Below the pieces are notes generated by a model, which was given only the letters and a program-made list of their open reading frames with translations, did not search any database and was not told where the DNA came from. From contig CDROCS010005394.1 of the NCBI GenBank assembly GCA_977020255.1, forward strand, positions 62,001 through 126,000: a stretch of DNA of 64,000 nucleotides. Reading direction: 5' to 3'. The stretch's first letter is position 1. Each line of letters opens with the position of its first letter. A program made the translations under genes and the position numbers. Source of the stretch: Obrimoposthia wandeli (lineage: Eukaryota). Positions 19,168 through 28,738 of the stretch are shown here, in pieces.

Positions 19168-19588
19168 GGTTCGTTTTCCTTACATCTAAACTGTTCGTAG
19201 TAAAATCGAGGCTTGAATCAAATACCACCACCTCGTCACCGAAATTACTGCTAATGAGACCTTCAATCCGGAATTTTAATTTGTTTGTCGCAACAGAACT
19301 TTCATCCAACTCGACGATGACGGCTTTTAAGCGTGGTTCAAACTGAACTATGAGACTTTTCACATCATGTAAAATCAAATCACTGCTACTCTGGCCCTGG
19401 CTATGTAAAGAACTCGCCATACCAAAATTAGCAATTGAACCTTCCGTCCGTACACCTAACTCAAGATCAGGCCAAACAGGAGCACGCGCCGATAATAACG
19501 CGGCTAAATTGTCAATAATAGCGTCTCGCACATCATCAATATCACCACGCCATTCGCCTTTAATTTTAGAAAGCAAGCTCATATTCAT
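19160..19588 (-). CDS. tssE: T6SS baseplate subunit TssE (gp25-like)
   Basis: NLAALLSAR, SIANFG and FEPRLKAVIV; 142 aa; precedes tssF. Confidence 0.9.
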   Translation of the reverse strand: MNMSLLSKIKGEWRGDIDDVRDAIIDNLAALLSARAPVWPDLELGVRTEGSIANFGMASSLHSQGQSSSDLILHDVKSLIVQFEPRLKAVIVELDESSVATNKLKFRIEGLISSNFGDEVVVFDSSLDFTTNSLDVRKTNLV

Positions 19589-20952
19589 CCGTTCAATTTA
19601 TCAGACGACACATCCGTCATCAGCGTTATGTGAGAATCCAACATCTCATATTGATATTGAGGTTGAAGTGTAATTTGACAGTGATAACGTGTGGAGTCAT
19701 AACGATCTTCAATAAATTTCACATCGGCACTTTTTAACGGATAACGAGCCATGATCGCTTCATCGCCATAATCAAGGTTACTGATATAAGTTTCTAACCA
19801 ACGCATAAGATCTCGTTGACAAGATGCTGCACTATCAAAACGCCCGATTCGGTCGCGCATTTTAACTTTGATGTAATGCCCAAATCGACAAGCCATTAGG
19901 TTAGTCTGCAACATGCCACTCGCTTTATTCACTTCACTCGTTGGTTGCCAGACAGATTGGTTACTAAAGAGACCGAGTTGCTGGCTTAAATATATGCTCG
20001 ATAGAGGTACAAAGCCCTGTTCAGCCCAAAACCCATCACTTTCACTAAAGATGTCAATCCGCGCTTTTAATAACGACCCGCTTTCATCTTTAATATTAAT
20101 TACAGCCCCATGGTTACCGACGTTGTCATGAGCACGAAGAAAACCGAACCAGCTGATACGATCAAATTCACGGATAACATTAACTGCTAATAAGTAAGCG
20201 GCGTTACCCCAAAGTACATTGGCGTTAATATTACTTTCGTTGAATACAAACCCCGCGGCATAATTTTTTCTTGGTTGACGGATTCTGTATTCAGGTAACA
20301 CCAAATGTAAAAAACGGCTCGAACTGTGATTTCTTAACAACGCCCAACTCTGTAGGTCTAAACTGCTTAAAATACGCTTTATCCGAGTTTGGTCATGCAT
20401 CAATCTGGCTGGTTCATCACCAAAAAAATAGTTATTAACCCCCATAACAACAGGACACAATGACTGTTCGCCTAATTCAGCAACCAGCTGCAATGTATAT
20501 AAATCATCAAAATCATGACTTTCATCAAGCTCAGAATGAACATGATGATCGACAACTAATAAACCAAAGGGTTGTCCACCAGCGGTATCAAGTTCATTTG
20601 AATAAACTTTTTTATATAACGCACTACGCTTAATCTCAAACGCTTGATTGAGATCAGTTGATAGCATGTTCCAGCTGAAATCAAGTAGTTTTACTTTGAT
20701 CCTGCGACTTGATACTGGTAGCGAAATTAAGCTGTGTAGACCAAACCAGCTTGCTTCCAATTTTTTAAACTCATCGGCTTGAATCACGACAGAAAGCTGT
20801 GTGCTCATCTGCTGATCTAGGTCTTTGATCATCCTAGCAATCGTTGCTTTAAAAAGAGCAACATCTTGCTCTCTAGCATATTCTAACAGCATCCGCCATG
20901 GCCCTAAATCTGTTAAGACTCTGGTGGATAATGTTGGATTAGTCGCAATCAT
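19585..20952 (-). CDS. tssC: Second, divergent TssC (sheath large subunit) paralog
   Basis: FKKLEASWFGL, LYKKVYSNELDTAGGQPFG and LWGNAAY are TssC motifs, more degenerate than in the upstream copy. Confidence 0.88.
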   Translation of the reverse strand: MIATNPTLSTRVLTDLGPWRMLLEYAREQDVALFKATIARMIKDLDQQMSTQLSVVIQADEFKKLEASWFGLHSLISLPVSSRRIKVKLLDFSWNMLSTDLNQAFEIKRSALYKKVYSNELDTAGGQPFGLLVVDHHVHSELDESHDFDDLYTLQLVAELGEQSLCPVVMGVNNYFFGDEPARLMHDQTRIKRILSSLDLQSWALLRNHSSSRFLHLVLPEYRIRQPRKNYAAGFVFNESNINANVLWGNAAYLLAVNVIREFDRISWFGFLRAHDNVGNHGAVINIKDESGSLLKARIDIFSESDGFWAEQGFVPLSSIYLSQQLGLFSNQSVWQPTSEVNKASGMLQTNLMACRFGHYIKVKMRDRIGRFDSAASCQRDLMRWLETYISNLDYGDEAIMARYPLKSADVKFIEDRYDSTRYHCQITLQPQYQYEMLDSHITLMTDVSSDKLNG

Positions 20953-20962
20953 AGATTCTCCA

Positions 20963-20984
20963 CTCGAGGGCTCTCACCCCCGAG
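20963..20984 (-). other. GC-rich 8-bp stem-loop between the two tssC genes
   Basis: Minus strand CTCGGGGG-TGAGAG-CCCTCGAG (one G:T pair), directly followed by TGGAG RBS of the second tssC. Confidence 0.4.
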
Positions 20985-20992
20985 ATTAAACA

Positions 20993-22471
20993 TTAACCCG
21001 GTATGTTAGCAACCATGCGTAATGATGTTGTTAACTCTTCCATTTGTAACCATGGACGCAAATGTGCAATTGCAGAATAACAACCTGGTCGGCCAACTTG
21101 TTCAGCTACGCTGACACGAGCTTCCACAAGCGGATATTTCGCTTTTGCTTCATTGCCAATCGCATTAGGATTCACGTATTGTTGGATCCAATCAGTCAAT
21201 TCTTTTTCGATATTACCTGAATCAATGTTAGAACCGATGCGGTCACGGCCCATCACTTTCAAATACAGTGCGATACGGCTACTTGCCATGGTGTAAGGTA
21301 AACGCGCTGAAATAGCAGCATTTGCCGTCGCATCTGGATCTGTGTATGTTTTAGGTTTATGCGTCGTTTGGCCACCCATAAAAACAGCATAATTCGTATT
21401 TTTATAATGAACCAAAGGCAAGAAACCAAGATTACTCAGTTCTTTTTCACGTTCATCCGTTAGATTAACTTCTGACGGACACTGCTGCACTAAATCACCA
21501 GCTGGCGAGTGGTAGACAAAGTTAGCAAGATTTTCAACTTTACCGCCGTTATCCGTACCACGGATAGCAGTACACCAGCCATATTTGGTATAAGCTTGTG
21601 TTAACAACAAACCAAACTCATAAGCCGCATTACTCCATACAAAATCATCTTGTGATTGCGGAACCGCTTTACCGTTATCATCTGTTTTAAATTCTTCGAA
21701 ATCAAACGAAGCAACAGCGACAGTGTCTTTACCATAAGGTAAACGAGCAATCGTTTTTGGCAGTGTTAATGCAACATAACGAGAATCATCACTGTCACGG
21801 AATGCATTCCAACTTGCATAAGCAGGGGAATCAAAACCAGCAGCGACAGGCTTACCTTCGTTAAAGGTTTCAAAAGATGTAAAATCAAACATACTTGAAT
21901 TTGCAGCAGCAATGAAAGGTGCATGAGAAGCCGCAGCCACTTCGCCCATGTAACGTAATAATGCAACGTCTTCATCGCCATAACCGAATTCATAATCACC
22001 TAATAGCGCACCATAAGGTTGACCGCCTGCAGTCCCGAATTCTTCTTGATATACCATGGTGAAAAAACGGCTACGATCGATAGCAGGCGCATCTTCAAAC
22101 TGCTCTAATAATTCATCTTTAGTATAATCAGCCAGTTTTATTTTTAAATCCGCACCAAGTTCACTGTTTTTAACTAATTTCTGTACACCTAACCAAGTAC
22201 CTTCCAATTTCTGGAACGCATTGTTTTTCATCACTGTAGCTAATTGAGCTGAAATTTTAACATCAAGTGCAGCAATTGCTTTTTCAATAGTTAAGGTTAA
22301 ATTTTTATCCCAAGTCACTGTACCTTCAAGTGCTTGTGACATCAGCACAGACAGAAGTTCTTTTGTAGTATCTACGGGAGTTTGCGTTGTTGCAGAGATC
22401 GCTCGTTCTAAGAAACTAACATCACCTTCAACAGTAGCTTGTTGCACTGTTTTTTCTTGTTCAGTCGACAT
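20993..22471 (-). CDS. tssC: T6SS contractile sheath large subunit TssC/VipB
   Basis: FQKLEGTWLG, YQEEFGTAGGQPYG, AAASHAPFI and HLRPWLQMEEL. Confidence 0.96.
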   Translation of the reverse strand: MSTEQEKTVQQATVEGDVSFLERAISATTQTPVDTTKELLSVLMSQALEGTVTWDKNLTLTIEKAIAALDVKISAQLATVMKNNAFQKLEGTWLGVQKLVKNSELGADLKIKLADYTKDELLEQFEDAPAIDRSRFFTMVYQEEFGTAGGQPYGALLGDYEFGYGDEDVALLRYMGEVAAASHAPFIAAANSSMFDFTSFETFNEGKPVAAGFDSPAYASWNAFRDSDDSRYVALTLPKTIARLPYGKDTVAVASFDFEEFKTDDNGKAVPQSQDDFVWSNAAYEFGLLLTQAYTKYGWCTAIRGTDNGGKVENLANFVYHSPAGDLVQQCPSEVNLTDEREKELSNLGFLPLVHYKNTNYAVFMGGQTTHKPKTYTDPDATANAAISARLPYTMASSRIALYLKVMGRDRIGSNIDSGNIEKELTDWIQQYVNPNAIGNEAKAKYPLVEARVSVAEQVGRPGCYSAIAHLRPWLQMEELTTSLRMVANIPG

Positions 22472-22980
22472 TATTCAGCGTCTCCGTTTTGAATACCAAG
22501 TTCACCAGCCAGATGTTGTATCGCATCAGTGCTTTGTAGTAATTCTTTTAATAATCGCTCTAAATCACGAGATCTATCCGCTTTACTCAGCAATACTTTT
22601 AATTGATTTCGCGTTTCGACCAACTGTTTTAACGGTTCAATTTTTTCAACCACGTTTTCTGGTTGAAAATCTTTCATCGATTGGAAGTTCAAGTTCACTT
22701 CAAACTGGCTGTTGTCATCGGCCAATTTATTATCAACTTTATAAGATAAAGATGGATTAATTTGGCTCATCACCGTATCAAAATTATCTTTATCAACGCC
22801 AGTGAACTCGCGTTCTTCCAAATCTACTTTATCATTTTCTGCTTTATGACCTGAGAAATCACCAATTACACCCACAACAAAAGGTAGTTCTTTTGTTTCT
22901 GTTGCACCATTGGTTTCTACGTCATATGTAATACTGACGCGGTTTTTACTAACACGCTTATGTTGCGAATTGAAAGCCAT
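22471..22980 (-). CDS. tssB: T6SS contractile sheath small subunit TssB/VipA
   Basis: RVSITYDVETNGA, KELPFVVGVIGDFSG and DFQPENVV. Confidence 0.96.
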   Translation of the reverse strand: MAFNSQHKRVSKNRVSITYDVETNGATETKELPFVVGVIGDFSGHKAENDKVDLEEREFTGVDKDNFDTVMSQINPSLSYKVDNKLADDNSQFEVNLNFQSMKDFQPENVVEKIEPLKQLVETRNQLKVLLSKADRSRDLERLLKELLQSTDAIQHLAGELGIQNGDAE

Positions 22981-23057
22981 GCTTCCCTACCTTTATATTA
23001 TGAGAGCTGAATGAAATCGTGGTTATGCGCCACAAAATAGCAACGCATAACAACACA

Positions 23058-23576
23058 TTATTTAGAACCAGAAAGCATTTTACCTTGTGGCACATTGTAA
23101 GAAACAAGACCACCTTTTTCTAACTTACCGCCATCTGCTTCATGCCAATGTAACTGATCTAATTGGATGTAAGAAAGTGATATACTTTCAAATGGTTGCC
23201 CGCCATCAGAACCACTCACGTTATATGAAACAAGACGCGCTTTCTCTAGTTTTACTTGGAAATAAATATCGGCACCAGAACCATCTCGAGCTGGTTTAGT
23301 AAATACGATTTCCACATCTTTACCTTCAGGACCAGGACTGAACAAAAACGATAAAAGATCTTCAGAAGAACCATCAACTTCTTTAGTGATATTAACTTCA
23401 CTCATAGCAACCATGCCAGAGTCAGAGTTTGTACCGTTACCAATATCCATAGCAACAGAACGTACCGCGCCCCAGCTATATGAATTTAGTGCGAACCAAC
23501 CGTCTCCAGGTAAACCTTCTGCCGTAGCTCCGCCGTCAACTTGAACGCCTTCTATACGCATATACATACTAGCCAT
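23058..23576 (-). CDS. hcp: T6SS tube protein Hcp
   Basis: MASMYMRIEG start at 23576 after AGAGGA; SYSWG, ITKEVDGSS, VKLEKARLVSY and FESISLSY. Confidence 0.95.
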   Translation of the reverse strand: MASMYMRIEGVQVDGGATAEGLPGDGWFALNSYSWGAVRSVAMDIGNGTNSDSGMVAMSEVNITKEVDGSSEDLLSFLFSPGPEGKDVEIVFTKPARDGSGADIYFQVKLEKARLVSYNVSGSDGGQPFESISLSYIQLDQLHWHEADGGKLEKGGLVSYNVPQGKMLSGSK

Positions 23577-23790
23577 AATTACTATCCTCTTTTGATTAAT
23601 ATCCAGTAACAGTATCAATTTCTCATTAGCACATTGCTTAAAGTTAATTGCTGTTCTGTTTTTGTGGTTTCATATAATTTGTTTCATTTGCAATTGTCAC
23701 AGACAAAACCAGTTTTATTTTTACAATTAATATTATTCTGATCCTCAGTTCAACACTTAACAGAGCGCATAAACATAACCAACAAATCAG

Positions 23791-25206
23791 TTACCACGAT
23801 AACGAGTTATTGGTACTTGAATTTGATTCTGCTTTTTGTATTATGTTACGCTTATCGTTTTCCGCGTTAATCAGGTTAGATATGGGTTTATCTGTCATCA
23901 TCTCGCGACTTTCTGTCGTCACCGCTATGTTCGTTGGCGTCTCTTTTGTTATCGCGGCTACCTTTACAACCGGTCTGGATATAGGTTCCGCGTGAACTGT
24001 TTTTGCCACTTCTGGCAATGTAATTTTACCGTCTTCGTCCAAGCCCGTTAGATTAAACACTCGCGCAATCGTATCATTTTGATTTAAAAGTAATTCACTC
24101 ATTAACTCAGGTAATGGCATATAACCCCAACGAATCGCTTTCTCAAGTAAATACGCAACGGGACTATGCGGTTCAGCTTTTCTAAAATAATCTGCAATTT
24201 CACGGAGCTGATGAAATGCTTGATCGCGATTACAACCTTGAACTTCCGCAAGTGCGCTAAATGAAACGTGATTTGCATGCGTCTGCTGCGGAACTGTATT
24301 CGTTGGATTGACCTGGCTGGTATCATTCTCAACATCAATGGCAGATACCATTTCGGTAACTTCTATGTGTGGTACATCGTCGTTTATGATTTCTAATGTT
24401 GCTTTCAACCCTGTCATATATTCAATTGCGGTAAGCATCTTGCTTACCAGTCCAATCACAAATTTAAAACCAACAGGTGATAATAATGATTGTTTACAAA
24501 CCACAGTCACTTTCTGTTCAATCAGCTCGACACTTTTTTTCAGTTCGTTCAAATTACTGATAAGCGCGACAATGCGTGTTTTTTCCAACAATGCTTGCGG
24601 CTGATACTGGTTGCGAAGTTCGGCTAAATGACCTTTATATTCTTCACTTTGATAACGTGCATAATCCAGGTCACCAATTAAAGGAACCATTAATAAGGGG
24701 GCATGTAACAACCCACTCTCTTCACTTTCTCCGGCCAGCTGAACAAAGGCTTTTATTTTGAATGCATTAATTTCTTTATTCTGTTCACTCGCATCATCTG
24801 ACTTCATCTTATTTTCTGGCAATACAGGTTGGAGGGTTTCCCAATGTTGACTGACTAATTCTTGTAGCCACAACGCCATTTCTTTTGCCGCAGATAAGCT
24901 CGGATCAATAATAATTTGCGCCGCTAACATCCAACCAGATAATTCAATATCACGAGTAGTATGAGTAAAAACATCATTAAGACTCCGTGCTAACTCGCTC
25001 CAATTCAGGTTATTTTCTTCAAGTAGCGAATCAAGTTCGCTAGCTTCTGGATGCGTAGTCAGTTTTCTCAATGAAGTTTGTGCTAAGTTGAATTCATTAC
25101 GTAATGGTCTAAATTTCTGTTTATCAGCTTTTAAATATACGCCACAAAAATTATCAACTAATAACGGCGTTTGTAATGCATTACGTTTCGTTACATTAAA
25201 TTTCAT
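23791..25206 (-). CDS. tssA: TssA (ImpA-N domain protein)
   Basis: ImpA-N motifs (TRDIEL, HWETLQP) and C-terminal RDQAFHQLREIADYFRKAEPHSPVAYLLEKAIRWG. Start is 25206 or 25245. Confidence 0.9.
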   Translation of the reverse strand: MKFNVTKRNALQTPLLVDNFCGVYLKADKQKFRPLRNEFNLAQTSLRKLTTHPEASELDSLLEENNLNWSELARSLNDVFTHTTRDIELSGWMLAAQIIIDPSLSAAKEMALWLQELVSQHWETLQPVLPENKMKSDDASEQNKEINAFKIKAFVQLAGESEESGLLHAPLLMVPLIGDLDYARYQSEEYKGHLAELRNQYQPQALLEKTRIVALISNLNELKKSVELIEQKVTVVCKQSLLSPVGFKFVIGLVSKMLTAIEYMTGLKATLEIINDDVPHIEVTEMVSAIDVENDTSQVNPTNTVPQQTHANHVSFSALAEVQGCNRDQAFHQLREIADYFRKAEPHSPVAYLLEKAIRWGYMPLPELMSELLLNQNDTIARVFNLTGLDEDGKITLPEVAKTVHAEPISRPVVKVAAITKETPTNIAVTTESREMMTDKPISNLINAENDKRNIIQKAESNSSTNNSLSW

Positions 25207-25245
25207 TATTTCGCAACTCACATTGATTAGTAATAACTGACTCAT

Positions 25246-25719
25246 TAATTAATAACTAAATATTATAAAATATGATTTATATACTCTAAATAAATAAATA
25301 TAATTATTCGATGTAATAATAATTTGTATAGCTTAAATTATTTCAAATTAATTGCACTCTACCTTTAGGGATAATATCAGTAACAATATCAATTAAATAA
25401 CCTTAAAAACCTCATCAGACCAGAATAAATAACACTTGAATAATTAAATGGAAGTTAAAAATGCTAATTTTATAAATAAAATAATAAAATTAAAAAATAA
25501 AGAGACCATTTAAGGTTAAAATACATACCCAATTAATCACAACCACCCACAAAGAGGTGCTTTAATATTTACTTATTACTGTTTGTTACTTTTTGTTACT
25601 GTTTGTAGATTTAAATAAAAACCTTTATCGCAGGAAGATAATGAATGTATTATCAACGTGCAAAGCAGGATTAACAAATACAAGAATCTAATTTTTTTAT
25701 CACAAAATTATAACGAAAA
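25246..25719. promoter_or_regulatory. Very AT-rich divergent promoter region between tssA and vgrG
   Basis: About 470 bp non-coding and strongly A/T-biased, between divergently transcribed T6SS operons; contains a 10-bp-periodic repeat at 25571-25610. Confidence 0.7.
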
Positions 25720-27738
25720 GTGAGTAACGACATGTCAGCCAGCCATTACAATGAAGAACAACGTCCTATTATTGCGAATCTCAATGGTAAAGGGCCTTAC
25801 ATTGTCACTCAGTTAACCGTAAAAGAGTCTATTTCTGGTTCTTCCCATTTTATTGCTTCTCTCATATCTGCGGATAAGATCTCAGAAAAAATACTTGGCA
25901 AAGTAATTTCGATTCAATATTCAGCGGGTATTGAAGGCAATAGAAAAAAGACTCGACGTTTCTTCGCTCTTATTTCATCCCTTGAGAACATTGAATTTAG
26001 TGTTGAGAAGCAGCTTTATAAATATCGTATTGAAGCCATTGATCCTTTATCAATTTTTGCTTTTAGAACTACAAACCGCAGTTTTCAAGGGATGACAAGT
26101 AAACAAATAATAGAAAATGTGTTATCTGATTCTGGGCTGAAAGGTTACTTTAAGCTGTCGCCCCGAACGGCAGGTAACAAACACGACTATTGTATTCAGT
26201 TTAATGAAACCGATTTAAATTTTATTAAACGATTAATGGCCTTTGAAGGATGGCATTATCACTGTAACCACACAGGTAACCAACCATCTGTTGTGATTGC
26301 AGACAGTAATCAAGACTTTGATAAAGCTGACAATGATAATATTCCGTTCATCATTCAAGCTAAGGATAAGGTGTTTGCGATTACCCATTGGCATTGTCGC
26401 AACCAGTTAGGATCAACGAAATTGTCTCTCGCCGACCATAACGAAGAACTAGCTGAATGCTTAGACAGTGGAAATAGAAATACGACGGCCAAAGTAAGTA
26501 ATATTGTATTAAGTGAAGACATTTTTGGACAAGGTAATAACGATAAAAGTGGTATCCGCGACGCAGCAAAACGCCAAATGGAAAGTATAGACTGTCAAAA
26601 AACACGATTCCAAGCACAATCCGCTATCCCCTCTTTAGGCGCAGGTTTACGCTTTAATCTCACCGAACATACTGATTCAGATTACAACCAAGAATATGTC
26701 ATCATCCAAGCAGAACATTATTTTGAAGCCCATGAAAATGGAGCGAGCGTTGAATATAAAAATAGTTTCAAATGTATTCCTTTCAGTACTCCTTGGCGCC
26801 CTCCTTTTATCAATAAGCCGAGCATACACAACATTCAAAGCGCAGAAGTAACAGGACCGAGCGGCGAAGACGTTAACCAAGATAAATTGGGCCGCATAAA
26901 AGTTCATTTCCATTGGGATAGAAACGCTAAAAAAGACGAAAATAGTTCTTGCTGGATCCCCGTAGCACAAGCAACAGCAAGTAACGGGTTCGGTGTACAA
27001 TTTATCCCTCGAATTGGCGACGAGGTGTTAGTCAGTTTTATTAATGGCGATCCAGATCGTCCCGTGGTTTCAGGTTCCGTTTATAATGGTAAAAATAAAC
27101 CGCCTTATAATACCGCGACCCAAAGCGGAATTAAAACACGAACAACCCCCAATGGTAGCGCCAATACCGCCAATGAACTGCGCTTTGAAGATAAAAAAGA
27201 CAAAGAAGAGATTTTCCTGCAGGCGGAAAAAGATTTCACCATGGCGATCAAAAATGATTTTAAGCAAACCATCAAAGGTATTGCTCATTGTGACGTTGAA
27301 AAAGCGATGAGTTGGAAAAGTAAAGAGGCCATGACACTTGCGACAGAAGAAAAGCTAAGTGCTAGCGCAACCAAAGACTTAGTATTAAAATCAGATGCGA
27401 CAATCACCAGCAGTGCGGGTAAAAACAATGAACTTAGCGCATCTTCACAAGTAAGCATTGATGGTCAAACTATCGAACTAAAAGGAAAATCGAAGATCAT
27501 ATTATCAGTTGGTAGCTCTTCTATTGAATTAAGCCAAGGTGGTATCACACTGTCAGGTGCTAAAATTGTAATCGAGGGAAAGGCAAAAGTAGACATCAAA
27601 GCCGCCATGATCGATATAAAAAGTCAGGCAAAAGCGAGCGTCAAAGGTGCTATCGTAGAAATAAATGGTAGTGCCATGACACAAGTTAAAGCTGGTGCTA
27701 TGGTACAAATTCAAGGCGCAATTGCGAAGGTTAATTAA
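25720..27738 (+). CDS. vgrG: T6SS spike protein VgrG without an evolved C-terminal domain
   Basis: CIQFNETDLNFIKRLMAFEG, DKLGRIKVHFHWDR, IPRIGDEVLVSFINGDPDRP and NELRFEDKK; ends in beta-helix-type repeats; 672 aa. Confidence 0.96.
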   Translation: MSNDMSASHYNEEQRPIIANLNGKGPYIVTQLTVKESISGSSHFIASLISADKISEKILGKVISIQYSAGIEGNRKKTRRFFALISSLENIEFSVEKQLYKYRIEAIDPLSIFAFRTTNRSFQGMTSKQIIENVLSDSGLKGYFKLSPRTAGNKHDYCIQFNETDLNFIKRLMAFEGWHYHCNHTGNQPSVVIADSNQDFDKADNDNIPFIIQAKDKVFAITHWHCRNQLGSTKLSLADHNEELAECLDSGNRNTTAKVSNIVLSEDIFGQGNNDKSGIRDAAKRQMESIDCQKTRFQAQSAIPSLGAGLRFNLTEHTDSDYNQEYVIIQAEHYFEAHENGASVEYKNSFKCIPFSTPWRPPFINKPSIHNIQSAEVTGPSGEDVNQDKLGRIKVHFHWDRNAKKDENSSCWIPVAQATASNGFGVQFIPRIGDEVLVSFINGDPDRPVVSGSVYNGKNKPPYNTATQSGIKTRTTPNGSANTANELRFEDKKDKEEIFLQAEKDFTMAIKNDFKQTIKGIAHCDVEKAMSWKSKEAMTLATEEKLSASATKDLVLKSDATITSSAGKNNELSASSQVSIDGQTIELKGKSKIILSVGSSSIELSQGGITLSGAKIVIEGKAKVDIKAAMIDIKSQAKASVKGAIVEINGSAMTQVKAGAMVQIQGAIAKVN

Positions 27739-28307
27739 TGACTTATTTAAAGATCCCCCATAAAACAGCGGATGAAATTTTACGCTTATATGAGCCGAGT
27801 GATGAACTCAAAGAACTAGCTGCACAGCACAATGAACCAGCAACTCTAATTAAAGCCGGCATTGACGCAGAACTGTTCGGTGATATTGTAATTTTTCTAG
27901 CACACGCGCTTCCCGTCAGAGAAGCCATCTGGTGGGCTTGTTGTAGTGCGGAACAGCGTCAAGATTGGAACATCGATGAAGCCAATGCCATTCGAGCAGC
28001 TAAAGCTTGGGTTCATGCTCCCGATGAAACATCACGTCGATTTGCGGAACAAATGGCAATTAAAGCTGAGTTACAAACGGGTGCAGGCTGGGTTGCGCAA
28101 GCAGCATTTTGGAGTGGCGGCAGCATGATCGCAATCGGAGAGCCTATTATAGCGCCTCCTGAATACTTATACTCACATGCCGTTGCTGGTGCAATAAACC
28201 TATCCGCAGTCATGCCTGATGGGTTAGACGCAAAAGAACGTTACTCGCATTACTTTGCTATGGGGTTAAACATCGCTCATGGTGGTAATGGTCGCATAGG
28301 AGCTTAA
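27738..28307 (+). CDS. Conserved T6SS-associated hypothetical protein (DUF6931-like)
   Basis: LAHALPVREAIWWAC and AGWVAQAAFWSGGS motifs (family assignment from memory); translationally coupled to vgrG (TAATG). Confidence 0.7.
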   Translation: MTYLKIPHKTADEILRLYEPSDELKELAAQHNEPATLIKAGIDAELFGDIVIFLAHALPVREAIWWACCSAEQRQDWNIDEANAIRAAKAWVHAPDETSRRFAEQMAIKAELQTGAGWVAQAAFWSGGSMIAIGEPIIAPPEYLYSHAVAGAINLSAVMPDGLDAKERYSHYFAMGLNIAHGGNGRIGA

Positions 28308-28309
28308 TA

Positions 28310-28606
28310 ATGTTACCTGCAGCCAGAGCAACTGATATGCATATCTGCCCGATGCAGACACCTGCTATAGTTCCGATCCCTCATGTAGGCGGGCCTTTAT
28401 TACCTCTACCTTCAACAGTGTTAATTGGTAATATGCCAGCCGCGACATTAGGTCAACCATGCATTTGTGTCGGTCCACCAGATAGTGTTGTCAAAGGCAG
28501 TGCAACAGTGCTTATTAACAGTAAACCAGCAGCACGCATGGGTGATACCACGGCACACGGTGGGACTATTATCATCGGTATGCCAACAGTCTTAATTGGC
28601 GGATAA
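28310..28606 (+). CDS. PAAR-domain spike tip protein
   Basis: PAARATDMHICP, GSATVLINSKPAARMGD and TAHGG; 98 aa with no extension. Confidence 0.95.
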   Translation: MLPAARATDMHICPMQTPAIVPIPHVGGPLLPLPSTVLIGNMPAATLGQPCICVGPPDSVVKGSATVLINSKPAARMGDTTAHGGTIIIGMPTVLIGG

Positions 28607-28658
28607 ATGCAAATATCACCGTTATTTTTCACACCTAAATGACGATTGAACAATAACC

Positions 28659-28700
28659 AAAAAAGCGGCGTTAGATTTACATCTAACGCCGCTTTATTTT
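28659..28700. terminator. Bidirectional intrinsic terminator between PAAR and fadJ
   Basis: 15-bp perfect stem AAAGCGGCGTTAGAT-ttac-ATCTAACGCCGCTTT with A/T tracts on both sides, between convergent genes. Confidence 0.85.
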
Positions 28701-28738
28701 ATAAACAAGGACATTTTATAACCTAATGCATGACGCGA

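Noticed and set aside
23577-25719. Sigma-54 (-24/-12) promoter for hcp, tssA or vgrG
   Set aside because: I found no convincing TGGCAC-N5-TTGC by eye, and no enhancer-binding protein gene lies in the visible cluster.
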